Source: the human T2T-CHM13v2.0 reference genome, Homo sapiens. From it: a stretch of DNA of 64,000 nt. A program made the position numbers and the translations under genes. Shown here in pieces: positions 42,076-56,200 of the stretch; position 1 is the first letter of the stretch; the number at the start of each line of letters is the position of its first letter. The notes beneath the pieces are model-generated. The model was given only the letters and a program-made list of their open reading frames with translations. It was not told the origin of the DNA and made no database searches. The stretch is from NCBI RefSeq assembly GCF_009914755.1, contig NC_060933.1. One strand, given 5' to 3'.

Positions 42076-43118
42076 ATTCCATTGCATTCCATTCCATTCC
42101 ATTCCATTCCATTCCATTCCATTGTACTCGGGTTGATTCCATTCCATTGCATTCCATTCCATTCCATTCCATTCCATTCCATTCCATTCCGTTCTATTCC
42201 ATTCCATTACATTCGGATTGATTCTTTTCAACTCCCTTACTCTCCATTACATTGCATTCCATTCGGGTTGTTCCATTCCATTCCTTTCCATTCCACTCCA
42301 TTCCATTGCACTCGGGTTGATTCCATTCCATTCCATTCCATTCCATTCCGGATGATTCCATTCCATTGCTTTCCGTTCCATTACATTCCCCTGCACTCGG
42401 GTTGAATCCATTCCATTCCATTCCATTCCATTCTATTCCCCTGCACTCGCGTTGATTCCATTCCATTCCATTCCATTCCATTCCATTCCATTCCATTCCA
42501 TTCCATTCCATTCCTTTCCATTCCAGTCCTTTCCATTCCATTCCACTCGGGTTGATTCCATTCTATTAGTTTCCATTCCATTCCATTACCTTCCATTCCA
42601 CTGTGGTTGATTCCATTCCTTTCCATTCCACTCGAATACATTCCCTCCTATTCCACTCGGAACAATTCCATTCCATTCCATTCCATTCCGTTCCATTCCA
42701 TTCCATTCCATTCCATTCCATTTCGTTGCATTCCATTCTATTCCGTATCATTCCATTCCATTCCATTCCATTCCATTCCATTCCATTCCACTCGTGTTGA
42801 TTCCATTCCTTTCCATTCCATTCGGTTTGAAGGCCTTCCATTCCATTCCATTCCATTCCATTCCATTCCATTCCATTTCATTCCATTCCATTGTACTCGG
42901 GTTGATTCCATTCCATTGCATTCCATTCCATTCCATTACATTCCTTTCCATTCCGTTGCATTCCATTCCATTACATTCGGATTGATTCTATTCAACTCCC
43001 TTACTCTCCATTACATTCCATTCCATTCGGGTTGTTCCATTCCATTCCATTCCATTCCACTCCATTCCAATGCACTCGGGTTTATTCCATTCCATTCCAT
43101 TCCATTCCATTCCATTCC

Positions 43119-43133
43119 ATTCCGGAAGATTCC
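43119..43133. promoter_or_regulatory. Perfect 3-box heat-shock element sequence (ATTCCGGAAGATTCC)
   Basis: Exact match to nTTCnnGAAnnTTCn; function is untested. Confidence 0.5.
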
Positions 43134-46100
43134 ATTCCATTGCATTCCATTCCATTCCATTCCCCTGAACTCGCGTTGATTCCATTCCATTCCATTCCAT
43201 TCCATTCCATTCCTTTCCGATCCATTCCATTCCATTCCATTCCATTCCAATCCATTCCATTCCGTTCCGTTCCGTTTCCATTCCATTCCATTCCATTCTA
43301 TTCGGGTTAATTCCATTCCATTCCATTCGATTGCAATCGAGTTGATTCCATTCCATTCTATTCCATTCCATTCCATTCCATTCCATTCCTTTCCATTCCA
43401 TTACGGATGATTCCATTCCATTGCATTCCATTCCATTCCATTCCCTTGTACTCGGGTTGATTCCATTCCATTCCATTTCAATCCATGCCATTCCACTCGT
43501 GTTGATTCCATTCTTTCCATTCCATTCAAGTTGAATCCATTCCATTGCATTCCATTCCATTCCATTCCCCTGCACTCGCGTTGATTCCATTCCATTCCAT
43601 TCCATCTCATTCCATTCCGTAACGTTCCATTCCATTCCATTCCATTCCGTTCCGTTCCATTCCATTCCATTCCATTCTATTCGGGTTAATTCCATTCCAT
43701 TCCATTCGATTGCAATCGAGTTGATTCCATTCCATTCCATTCCATTCCATTCCATTCCATTCCATTCCATTCCATTCCTTTCCATTCCATTACGGATGAT
43801 TCCATTCCATTGCATTCCATTCCATTCCATTCCCCTGTACTCGGGTTGATTCCATTCCATTCCATTCCAATCCATGGTATTCCACTCGTGTTGATTCCAT
43901 TCTTTCCATTCCATTCAAGTTGAATCCATTCCATTGCATTCCATTCCATTCGATTCCATTCGATTGCACTCGGGTTGATTCCATTCCATTGCATTCCATT
44001 CCATTCGATTCCATTCCATTCCATTCCATTCCGTTCCATTCCATTCCATTACTTTCGGATTGATTCTATTCAATTCCCTTACACTCCATTACATTCCATT
44101 CCATTCGGGTAGTTTCCATTCCATTCCATTCCATTCCTCTCCATTCCATTGCACTCGGGTTGATTCCATTCCATTCCATTCCATTCAATTCCATTCCGTT
44201 CCATTCCATTCCATTACATTCGGATTGATTCTATTCAACTCCCTTACTCTCCATTACATTCTATTCCATTCGGGTTGTTCCCTTCCATTCCATTCCATTC
44301 CACTCCATTCCATTGCACTCGGGTTTATTCCATTCCATTCCATTCCATTCCATTCCATTCCGTTCCGTTCCATTCCATTCCATTCCATTCTATTCGGGTT
44401 AATTCCATTCCATTCCATTCCATTCCATTCCACTCGAGTTGATTCCATTCCATTCCATTCCATTCCATTCCATTCCACTCCATTCCAGTCCTTTCCATTC
44501 CATTCCACTCGGGTTGATTCCAATGTATTCCTTTCCATTCCATTTCATTCCATTGCAATCGAGTTGATTCCATTGCTTTGCATTCCATTCCTTTCCATTC
44601 CATTCCGGATGATTCCATTCCATTGCATTCCATTACATTCCATTCTCCTGCACTCGGGTTGATTCCATTCCATTCCACTCCATTCCGTTCCATTCCATTC
44701 CATTCCATTGTATTCGTGTTAATTCCATTCCATTGCATTCCATTCCATTCCATTCCATTACAATCGAGTTGATTCCATTCCATTCCATTCCATTCCAGTC
44801 CTTTCCATTCCATTCCACTCGGGTTGATTCCATTCTATTAGTTTCCATTCCATTCCATTCCCTTCCATTCCACTCTGGTTGATACCTTTCCTTTCCATTC
44901 CACTCGAATACATTCCCTCCTATTCCACTCGGAACGATTCCATTCCATTCCATTCCATTCCATTCCATTCCATTCTATTCTATTCCATTCCATTTCGTTC
45001 CATTCCATTCTATTCCGTATCCTTCCATTCCATTCCATTCCATTCCATTCCATTGTACTCGCGTTGATTCCATTCCATTCCATTCCATTCCATTCCAATC
45101 AAGTTGATTCCTTTCCATTCCATTCCATTCCATTCCATTCCATTGCACTCCATTCCAGTCCTTTCCATTCCTTTCCACTCGGGTTGATTCCAATGTATTC
45201 CATTCCGTTCCATTCCATTCCATTCCATTCCATTCCATTTTACTCGGGTTGATTCCATTCCATTGCATTCCATTCCATTCCATTCCATTCCATTCCGTTC
45301 CATTCCATTCCATTACATTCGAATTGATTCTTTTCAACTCCCTTGCTCTCCATTACATTCCATTCCATTCGGGTTGTTCCATTCCATTCCATTCCATTCC
45401 ACACCATTCCATTGCACTCGGGTTGATTCCATTCCATTCCATTCCATTCCATTCCGGATGATTCCTTTCCTTTGCATTCCGTTCCATTACATTCCCCTGC
45501 ACTCGGGTTGATTCCATTACATTCCATTCCATTCCATTCGATTCTATTCCATTCTCCTGCACTCACGTTCATTCCATTCCATTCCATTCCATTCCATTCC
45601 ATTCCATTCCATTCCTTTCCATTCCAGTCCTTTCCATTCCATTCCACTAGGGTTGATTCCATTCTATTAGTTTCCATTCCATTCCATTCCCTTCCATTCC
45701 ACTCTGGTTGATTCCATTCCTTTCCATTCCACTCGAATACATTCCCTCCTATTCCACTCGGAACGATTCCATTCCATTCCATTCCATTCCATTCCATTCC
45801 ATTCCATTTCGTTCCATTCCATCCTATTCCGTATCATTCTGTTCCATTCCATTCCATTCCATTCCATTCCATTCCATTCCATTCCACTCGTGTTGATTCC
45901 ATTCCTTTCCATTCCATTCGGTTTGAAGGCATTCCATTCCATTCCATTCCATTCCATTCCATTCCATTGTACTCGGGTTGATTCCATTCCATTGCATTCC
46001 ATTCCATTCCATTCCATTCCGTTGCATTCCATTCCATTACATTCTGATTGATTCTATTCAACTCCCTTACTCTCCATTACATTCCATTCCATTCGGGTTG

Positions 46101-47563
46101 TTCCATTCCATTCCATTCCATTCCACTCCATTCCATTGCACTCGGGTTGATTCCATTCCATTCCATTCCATTCCATTCCATTCCGGATGATTCCATTCCA
46201 TTGCATTCCGTTCCATTACATTCGCCTGCACTCGCGTTGATTCCATTCCATTCCATTCCATTGAATTCCATTCCATTACAATTCCTTCCATTCCATTCTA
46301 TTCCGTACCATTCCATTCCATTCCATACCATTCCATTGCATTCCATTCCATTCCATTCCATTCCATTCCACTCCATTCCAGTCCTTTCCATTCCATTCCA
46401 ATCAGGTTGATTCCATTCTATTCTTTTCCATTCCATTCCTTTCCATTGCAATCGAGTTGATTCCATTGCTTTGCATTCCATTCCATTCCATTCCATTCCG
46501 GATGATTCCATTCCATTGCATTCCATTCCATTCCATTCCCCTGCACTCGGGTTGAATCCATTCCATTCCACTCCATTCCGTTCCATTCCATTCCATTCCA
46601 TTCCATTCCATTGTATTCGGGTTAATTCCATTCCATTCCATTCCATTCCATTCCATTCCATTCCATTACAATCCTGTTGATTCCATTCCATTCCATTCCA
46701 TTTCATTCCAGTCCTTTCCATTCCATTCCACTCGGGTTGATTCCAATCTATTAGTTTCCATTCCATTCTATTCCCTTCCATTCTACTCTGGTTGATTCCA
46801 TTCCTTTCCATTCCACTCGAATACATTCCCTCCTATTCCACTCCGAACGATTCCATTCCATTCCATTCCATTCCATTCCATTCCGTTCCATTCCATTCCA
46901 TTACATTCTGATTGATACTATTCAATTCCCTTACACTCCATTACATTCCATTCCATTCGGGTAGTTTCCATTCCATTCCATTCCATTCCTCTCCATTACA
47001 TTGCACTCGGGTTGATTCCACTCCATTGCATTCCATTCCATTCCATTCCATTCAATTCCATTCCGTTCCATTCCATTGCATTACATTCGGATTGATTCTA
47101 TTCAACTCCCTTACTCTCCATTACATTCCATTCCATTCGGGTTGTTCCATTCCATTCCATTCCATTCCACTCCATTCCATTGCACTCGGGTTGATTCCAT
47201 TCCATTCCATTCCATTCAATTCCATTCCATTCCATTCCATTCCTTTCCATTCCGGATGATTCCATTCCATTACATTCCGTTCCATTACATTCCCCTGCAC
47301 TCGGGTTGATTCCATTCCATTCCATTCCATTCCATTCCATTCCATTCCATTCCAATTCTTTCCATTCCTTTCTATTCCGTACCATTCCATTCCATTCCAT
47401 ACAATTCCATTCCATTCCATTCCATTCCGTTCCGTTCCGTTCCGTTCCGTTCCATTCCATTCCATTCCATTCTATTCGGGTTAATTCCATTCCATTCCAT
47501 TCCATTCCATTCTATTCCATTCCATTGCAATCGAGTTGAATCCATTGCATTCCATTCCATTGC

Positions 47564-47578
47564 ATTCCGGAAGATTCC
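47564..47578. promoter_or_regulatory. Perfect 3-box heat-shock element sequence (ATTCCGGAAGATTCC)
   Basis: Exact match to nTTCnnGAAnnTTCn; function is untested. Confidence 0.5.
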
Positions 47579-49506
47579 ATTGCATTGCATTCCATTCCAT
47601 TCCATTCCCCTGTACTCGTGTTGATTCCATTCCATTCCATTCCATTCCATTCCATTCCGATCCGTTCCATTCCATTCCATTCCATTCCATTCCATTCCAT
47701 TCCATTCCATTCCGTTCCGTTCCGTTCCATTCCATTCCATTCCATTCCATTCTATGCGGGTTAATTCCATTCCATTCCATTCGATTGCAATCGAGTTGAT
47801 TCCATTCCATTCCATTCCATTCCATTCCATTCCATTCCATTACGTATGATTCCATTCCATTTCATTCCATTCCATTCCATTCCCCTGTACTCGGGTTGAT
47901 TCCATTCCATTCCACTCCAATCAATGCCATTCCACTCGTGTTGATTCCATTCTTTCCATTCCATTCAAGTTGAATCCATTCCATTGCATTCCATTCCATT
48001 CGATTCCATTCGATTGCACTCGGGTTGATTCCATGGCATTGCATTCCATTCCATTCCATTCCATTCCTTTCCATTCCATTCCATTCCATTCGGATTCATT
48101 CTATTCAATTCCCTTACACTCCATTACATTCCATTCCATTCGGGTAGTTTCCATTCCATTCCATTCCATTCCTCTCCATTCCATTGCACTCGGTTTGATT
48201 CCATTCCATTCCATTCCATTCCATTCTATTCCATTCCATTCCGGATGATTCCATTCCATTGAATTCCATTCCATTCCATTCCCCTGCACTTGGGTTGATT
48301 CCATTCCATTCCATTCCATTCCTTTCTGTTCCATTCCATTCCATTCCATTCCATTCTATTCGTGTTAATTCCATTCCATTCTATTCCATTCCATTCCATT
48401 GAAATCGAGTTGATTCCATTCCATTCCATTCCATTCCATTCCATTCCATTCCATTCCATTCCGGATGATTCCATTGCATTGCATTCCATTCCATTCCATT
48501 CCCCTGCACTCGGGTTGATTCTATTCGATTCCATTGCATTACATTCCGTTCCATTCCGTTCCATTTCATTCTATTCGGGTTAATTCCATTCCATTGCATT
48601 CCACTCCATTCCAGTCCTTTCCATTCCATTCCACTCGGGTTGATTCCATTCTATTCCTTTCCATTCCATTCCATTCCATTGCAATCGAGTTGATTCCATT
48701 CGAGTTGAATCCATTCCATTCCATTCCATTCCATTGCACACGGGTTCATTCCATTGCATTCCATTCCATTCCATTCCATTCCATTCCATTCCATTCCATT
48801 CCATTCCATTTCATTCCATTCCATTCTATTCCGTACCATTCCATTCCATCCCATTCCATTCCGTTCCATTCCATGCCATTACACTCGGGTTGATTCCATT
48901 CCTTTCCATTCCATTCTTGTTGAATCCATTCCATTCCATTCCATTCCATTCCATTCGAATCCATTCCATTGCACTCGGGTTGATTCCATTCCATTCCATT
49001 CCATTCCATTTCATTCCATTCCATTCCATTACATTCGGATTGATTCTATTCAATTCCCTTACACTCCATTATATTCCGTTCCATTCGGGATGTTTCCATT
49101 CCATTCCATTCCATTTCACTCCATTCCATTGCATCAGGTTGATGGCATTCCATTCCATTCCATTCCATTCCGGATGATTACATTGCATTGCATTCCATTC
49201 CATTCCATTCCCCTGCACTCGGGTTGATTCCATTCCATTCCATTCCATTCCATTCCATTCCATTCCGTTCCATTCCATTCCATTCCATTCCATTCCATTC
49301 CATTCTATTCCGGTTAATTCCATTCCATTACATTCGATTCCATTCCATTCCCTTCCATTCCATTGCAATCGAGCTGATTCCATTCCATTCCATTCCATTC
49401 CGTTCCAGATGATTCCATTCCATTCCATTCCATTCCATTCCATTCCATTCCCCTGCAGTCGGGTTGATTCCATTCCATTCCATTCCATTCCATTCCATTC
49501 CATTCC

Positions 49507-49521
49507 ATTCCGGAAGATTCC
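49507..49521. promoter_or_regulatory. Perfect 3-box heat-shock element sequence (ATTCCGGAAGATTCC)
   Basis: Exact match to nTTCnnGAAnnTTCn; function is untested. Confidence 0.5.
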
Positions 49522-50213
49522 ATTCCATTGCATTCCATTACATTCCATTCCCCTGCACTCGCGTTGATTCCATTCCATTCCATTCCATTCCATTGCATTC
49601 CATTGCATTCCATTGCATTCCATTCCCCTGCACTCAGGTTGATTCCATTCCATTCCATTCCATTCCATTCCATTCTATTCGCGTTAAATCCATTCCACTC
49701 CATTCCATTACATTCCATTGCAATCGACTTGATTCCATTCCATTCCATTCCATTCCATTCCATTCCATTCAAGTCCTTTCCATTCCATTCCACTCGTGTT
49801 GATTCCATTTTATTAGTTTCCATTCCATTCCATTCCCTTCCATTCCACTCTGGTTGATTCCATTCCTTTCCATTCCACTCGAATTCATTCCCTTCTATTC
49901 CACTCGGAATGATTCCATTCCATTCCGTTCCATTCCATTCCATTCCATTTCGTTCCATTCCATTTTATTCCGTACCATTCCATTCCATTCCATTCCATTC
50001 CATTCCATTCCATTCCATTCCATTCCATGCCATTCCACTCGGGTTGATTCCATTGCTTTCCATTCCATTTGGGTTGAATCCATTCCATTCCATTCCATTC
50101 CATTCCATTCCATTCCATTCCATTCAATTGCACTAGGTTTGATTCCATTCCACTGCATTCCATTCCATTCCATTCCATTGCATTCCATTCCATTCCCCTG
50201 CACTCGGGTTCAT
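49507..50213 (-). repeat. Right copy of the ~0.7-kb inverted repeat (partner 32140-32835)
   Basis: Reverse complement of 32140-32835 carrying the same rare variants. Confidence 0.88.
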
Positions 50214-53200
50214 TCCATTCCATTCCATTTACTTCCATTCCATTCCATTCCTTTCTATTACATTCTATTCGGATTAATTCCATTCCATTCCATTCCATTC
50301 CATTCCATTCCATTCCATTCCATTCCATTCCATTCCATTGCAATCGAGTTGATTCCATTCCATTCCATTCCAATCCGGATGATTCCATTCCATTGCCTTC
50401 AATTCCATTCCATTCCCCTGCACTCGGGTTGATTCCGTTCCATTCCATTCCATTCCATTCCATTCCATTCCATTTCATTCCGTTCCATTTCGTTCCATTC
50501 CATTCTATTCCGTACCATTCCATTCCATTCCATTCCATTCCATTCCATTCCATTCCATTCCATTCCATTCTATTCGGGTTAATTCCATTCCATTCCATTC
50601 CATTCCATTCCATTCCATTCCATTCCATTCCATTCCATTGCAATCGAGTTTATTCCATTCCATTCCATTCAATTCCGGATGATTCCATTCCATTGCCTTC
50701 AATTCCATTCCATTTCCCTGCACTCGGGTTGATTCCATTCCATTCCATTCCATTTCATTCCATTCCATTTCGTTCCATTCCATTCTATTCCGTACCATTC
50801 CATTCCATTCCATTCCATTCCATACCATTCTATTCCGTTCCATTCCATTCCATTCCATTCCATTCCATTTCATTCCATTCCATTTCGTTCCATTCCATTC
50901 TATTCTGTACCATTCCATGCCATTCCATTCTATTCCATTCCATTCCATTCCATTCCATTCCACTCCATTCCATGCCATTCCACTCGGGTTGATTCCATTG
51001 CCTTCCATTCCATTCGAGTTGAATCCATTCCATTCCATTCCATTCCATTCCATTCCATTCCATTCCATTGCACACGGGTTCATTCCATTCCATTCCATTC
51101 CATTCCATTCCATTCCATTTCGTTCCATTCCATTCTATTCTGTACCATTCCATTCCATTCAATTCCACTCCATTCCATGCCATTCCACTCGGGTTTATTC
51201 CATTTCTTTTCATTCCATTTGGGTTGAATCCATTCCATTCCATTCCATTCCTTTCAAATCCATTACATTGCACTCGGGATGATTCCATTCCATTCCATTC
51301 CATCCTATTCCATTCCATTCCATGACACTCCACTCGGGTTGATTCCATTCCTTTCCATTCCATTCGAGTTGAACCCTTTCCATTCCATTCCACTCCATTC
51401 CATTCCATTCCATTCCAGTCCATTCCATTCCATTCCATTCCATTCCATTCCATTCCATTCCATTCCATTGCACACGATTTCATTCCACTCCATTCCATTC
51501 CATTCCATTCCATTCCATTCCATTCCATTCCATTCCATTTCGCTCCATTCCATTCTATTCCGTACCATTCCATTCCATTCCATTCCATTCCATTCCATTC
51601 CATTCCATGCCATTCTACTCGGGTTGATTCCATTCCTTTCCATTCCATTCGAGTAGAACCCATTCGATTCCATTCCATTCCATTCCATTGCACACGGGTT
51701 CATTTCATTCCATTCCATTCCATTCCATTCCATTCCATTTCGTTCCATTCCATTCTATTCCATACCATTCCATTCCATTCCATTCCATTAGACTCCATTC
51801 CATGCCATTCCACTCGGGTTTATTCCATTCCTTTCCATTCCATTCGGGTTGAATCCATTCCATTCCATTATATTCCATTCCATTCGATTCCATTACATTG
51901 CACTCGTGTTGTTTCCATTCCATTCCATTCCATTCCATTCCATTCCATTCCATTCCATGCCATTCCACTCGGGTTGATTCCATTCCATTCCATTCCATTC
52001 GAGTCGAACCCATTCCATTCCATTCCATTCCATTCCATTCCATTCCATTCCAATCCATTGCACAAGTTTTCATTGCATTCCTTTCCATTCCATTCTATTC
52101 CATTTCGTTCCATTCCATTCTATTCCGTACCATTCCATTCCATTCCATTCCATTCCACTCCATTTCATTCCATTCCATGCCATTCCACTCGGGTTTATTC
52201 TATTCCTTTCCATTCCATTCGGGTTGAATCCATTCCTTTCCATTCCATTCCGTTCAATTCCATTCCATTGCACTCGGGTTGATTCCATTCCATTCCATTC
52301 CATTCCATTTCATTCCGTTCCATTCCATTCCATTACATTCGGATTGATTTTTTTCAATTCCCTTACACTCCATTACATTCCATTCCATTCGGGTAGTTTC
52401 CATTCCATTCGATTCCATTACACTCCATTGCATTGCACTCGGGTTGATTGATTCCATTCCATTGCATTCCATTCCATTCCATTCCATTCCGGATGATTCC
52501 ATTCCATTGCATTCCATTCCGTTCCATTCCCCTGCACTCGGGTTGATTCCATTCCATTCCATTCCGTTCCATTCCATTCCATTCCATTCCATTCCATTCT
52601 GTTCAGGTTAATTCCATTCCATTCCGTTCCATTCCATTCCATTCCATTCCATTCCATTCCATTGCAATCTAGTTGATTCCATTGCATTCCATTCCATTCC
52701 ATTCCATTGCATTCCATACCCCTGCACTCAGGTTGATTCCATTCCATTCCATTCCATTGCGCTCGGGTTGATTCCATTCCATTCTATACCATTCCATTTC
52801 ATTCCATTCCATTCCATTCCATTCCTTTCCATTCCATTCCATTCCTTTCCTTTCAATTCCATTCCATTACATTCGGATTGATTCTTTTTAATTCCCTTAC
52901 ACTCCATTACATTCCATTCCATTCGGGTACTTTCCATTCCATTCCATTCCATTCCACTGCATTCTATTGCACTCGCGTTGATTGATTCCATTCCATTGCA
53001 TTCCATTCCATTCCATTCCATTCCATTCCATTCCATTCCATTCTGTTCAGGTTAATTCCATTCCATTCCATTCCCTTCCATTCCATTCCATTCCATTCCA
53101 TCCCATTGCAATCAAGGTGATTCCATTGCATTCCATTCCATTCCATTCCATTGCATTCCATTCCATTCCATTCCCCTGCACTCAGATTGATTCCATTCCA

Positions 53201-56200
53201 TTCCTTTCCATTCCATTCCGTTCCATTCCTTTCCATTCCATTCTATTTGCGTTAATTCCGTTCCATTCCATTCCAATCCATTCCTTTGCAATCGAGTTGA
53301 TTCCATTCCATTCCATTCCATTCCATTCCATTCCATTGCACTAGGTTTGATTCCATTCCACTGCATTCCATTCCATTCCATTCCATTCCTTTCCATTCCA
53401 CTCCATTCCATTGCAGTCGGGTTGATTCCATTCCATTCCATTCCATTCCCTTCCATTTCATTTCGTTCCATTCCATTCTATTCCATACCTTTCCATTCCA
53501 ATCCATTCCATTCCTTTCCATTCCATTCCATTCCATTCCATGCCATTCCACTCGGGTTGATTCCTTTCCATTCCATTCCATTCGGGTTGAAACCATTCCA
53601 TTCCATTCCATTCCATTCCATTCCGGATGATTGCATTCCATTGCCTTCCATTCAATTGCATTCCCCTGCACCCGGGTTGATTCCATTCAATTCCACTCCA
53701 TTCCATTCCGTTCCATTCCATTCCATACCATTCCATTCCATTCCATTCCATTCTATTCGGGTTAATTCCATTCCATTCCATTCCATTCCATTCAATATCA
53801 TTGCAATCGGGTTGATTCCATTCCGTTCCATTCCATTGCATTCCATTCCATTCCATTCCATTCCATTCCATTCCATTCCACTCGGGTTGATTCCATTCCT
53901 TTCCATTCCATTCCATTCGGGGTGAAGCCTTTCCATTCCATTCCATTCCTTTCGATTCCATTCCATTGCACTCGTGTTGATCCCATTCCATTGCATTCCA
54001 TTCCATTCCATTCTATTCCATTCCATTCCATTCCGTTCCATTCAATTCCATTACATTCGGATTGATTCTATTCAATTCCCTTACAATCCATCACATTCCA
54101 TTCCATTCGGGTTGTTTCCATTCCATTCCATTCCATTCCATTCCATTCCATTCCATTCCGTATGATTCCATTCCATTGCATTCTATTCCATTCCATTCCC
54201 CTGCACTCGGGTGGATTCCATTCTATTCCATTCCATTCCATTCCATTCCATTCCATTCCATTCCATTCCATTCCATTGAAATCGAGTTGATTCCATTCCA
54301 TTCCATTCCATTCAATTCCATTCCATTCCATTCTATTCGGGTAAATTCCATTCCATTCCATTCCATTCCCTTCCATTCCATTCCATTCCAATCCTTTCCA
54401 TTCCATTCCATTCTATTAGGGTTAATTCCATTCCATTCCATTCCATTCCATTCCATTCCATTCCATTCCATTCCATTGCAATCGAGTTGATTCCATTCCA
54501 TTCCATTCCATTCCATTCCATTCAATTCCATTGAACTCGGGTTGATTCCATTCCATTCCATGCCATTCCATTTCATTCCAATGCATTGCCTTCCATTCCA
54601 TTCCATTCCTCTGCACTCGGGTTGATTCCATTCCATTCCATTCCATTCCATTCCATGCCATTCCACTCGGGTTGATTCCATTACTTTCCATTCCATTCGA
54701 GTTGAATCCATTCCATTCGATTCCATTCCATTCGATTCCGTTCCATTGATCAAGGGTTCATTCTATTCCATTCCATTCCATTCCATTCTATTCCATTCCA
54801 TTCCATTTCGTTCCATTCCATTCTCTTCCGTACCATTCCATCCCATTCCATTCCACTCCATTCCATGCCATTCCACTCGGGTTTATTCCATTCCTTTCCA
54901 TTCGATTCGGGTTGAATTCATTCCATTCCATTCCATTCCATTCCATTCCATTCCATTCCATTGCACTCGGGTTGATTCCATTCCATTCCATTCCATTTCA
55001 TTCCATTCCCTTCCATTCCATTTCATTCCATTCCATTCCATTCCCTTCCATTCCATTCCATTCCATGCCATTCCACTCGGGTTGATTCCATTCCTTTCCA
55101 TTCCTTTCGAGTTGAACCCATTCCATTCCATTCCATTCCATTCCATTCCATTCCATTTCGTTCTTTTCCATTCTATTCCGTACCATTCCATTCCATTCCA
55201 TTCCATTCCATGCCATTCCACTCGGGTTTATTCCATTCCTTTCCATTCCATTCGGGTTCAATCCATTCCATTCCCTTCCATTCCATTCGATTCCATTCCA
55301 TTGCACTCGGGTTGATTCCATTCCATTCCATGCCATTCCATTTCATTCCATTCCATTCCATTCCATTCCATTCTATTCCGTTCCATTCCATTCCATTACA
55401 TTCGGATTGATTCTTTTTAATTCCCTTACACTCCATTACATTCCATTCCATTTGGGTACTTTCCATTCCATTCCATTCCATTCCACTGCATTCTATTGCA
55501 CTCGGGTTGATTGATTCCATTCCTTTGCATTCCATTCCATTCCATTCAATTCCGGATGATTCCATTCCATTGCATTCCATTCCATTCCATTCCCCTGCAC
55601 TCGGGTTGATCCCATTCCATTGCATTCCATTACATTCCATTCCATTCCATTCCATTCCATTCCGTTCCATTCCATTCCATTCCATTCTGTTCAGGTTAAT
55701 TCCATTCCATTCCATTCCCTTCCATTCCATTCCATTCCATTCCATTCCATCCCATTGCAATCGAGTTGATTCCATTGCATTCCATTCCATTCCATTCCAT
55801 TCCATTGCGTTCCATTCCATTCCATTCCATTCCATTCCATTCCATTGCCTTCCATTCCATTCCATTCCCCTGCACTCAGATTGATTCCATTTCATCCCAT
55901 TCCATTCCATTCCGTTCCATTCCGTTCCATTCCATTCTATACGCGTTAATTCCATTCCATTCCATTACATTCCATTGCAATCGAGTTGATTCCATTCCAT
56001 TCCGTTCCATTCCATTCCATTCCATTCCATTTCGTTCCATTCCATTCTATTCCGTACCATTCCATTCCATTCCATTCCATTCCATTCCATGCCATTCCAC
56101 TCGGGTTGATTCTATTGCTTTCCATTCCATTTGGGTTGAATCCAATCCATTCCATTCCATTCCATTCCATTCCATTCCATGCCATTCCATTCCATTCCAT

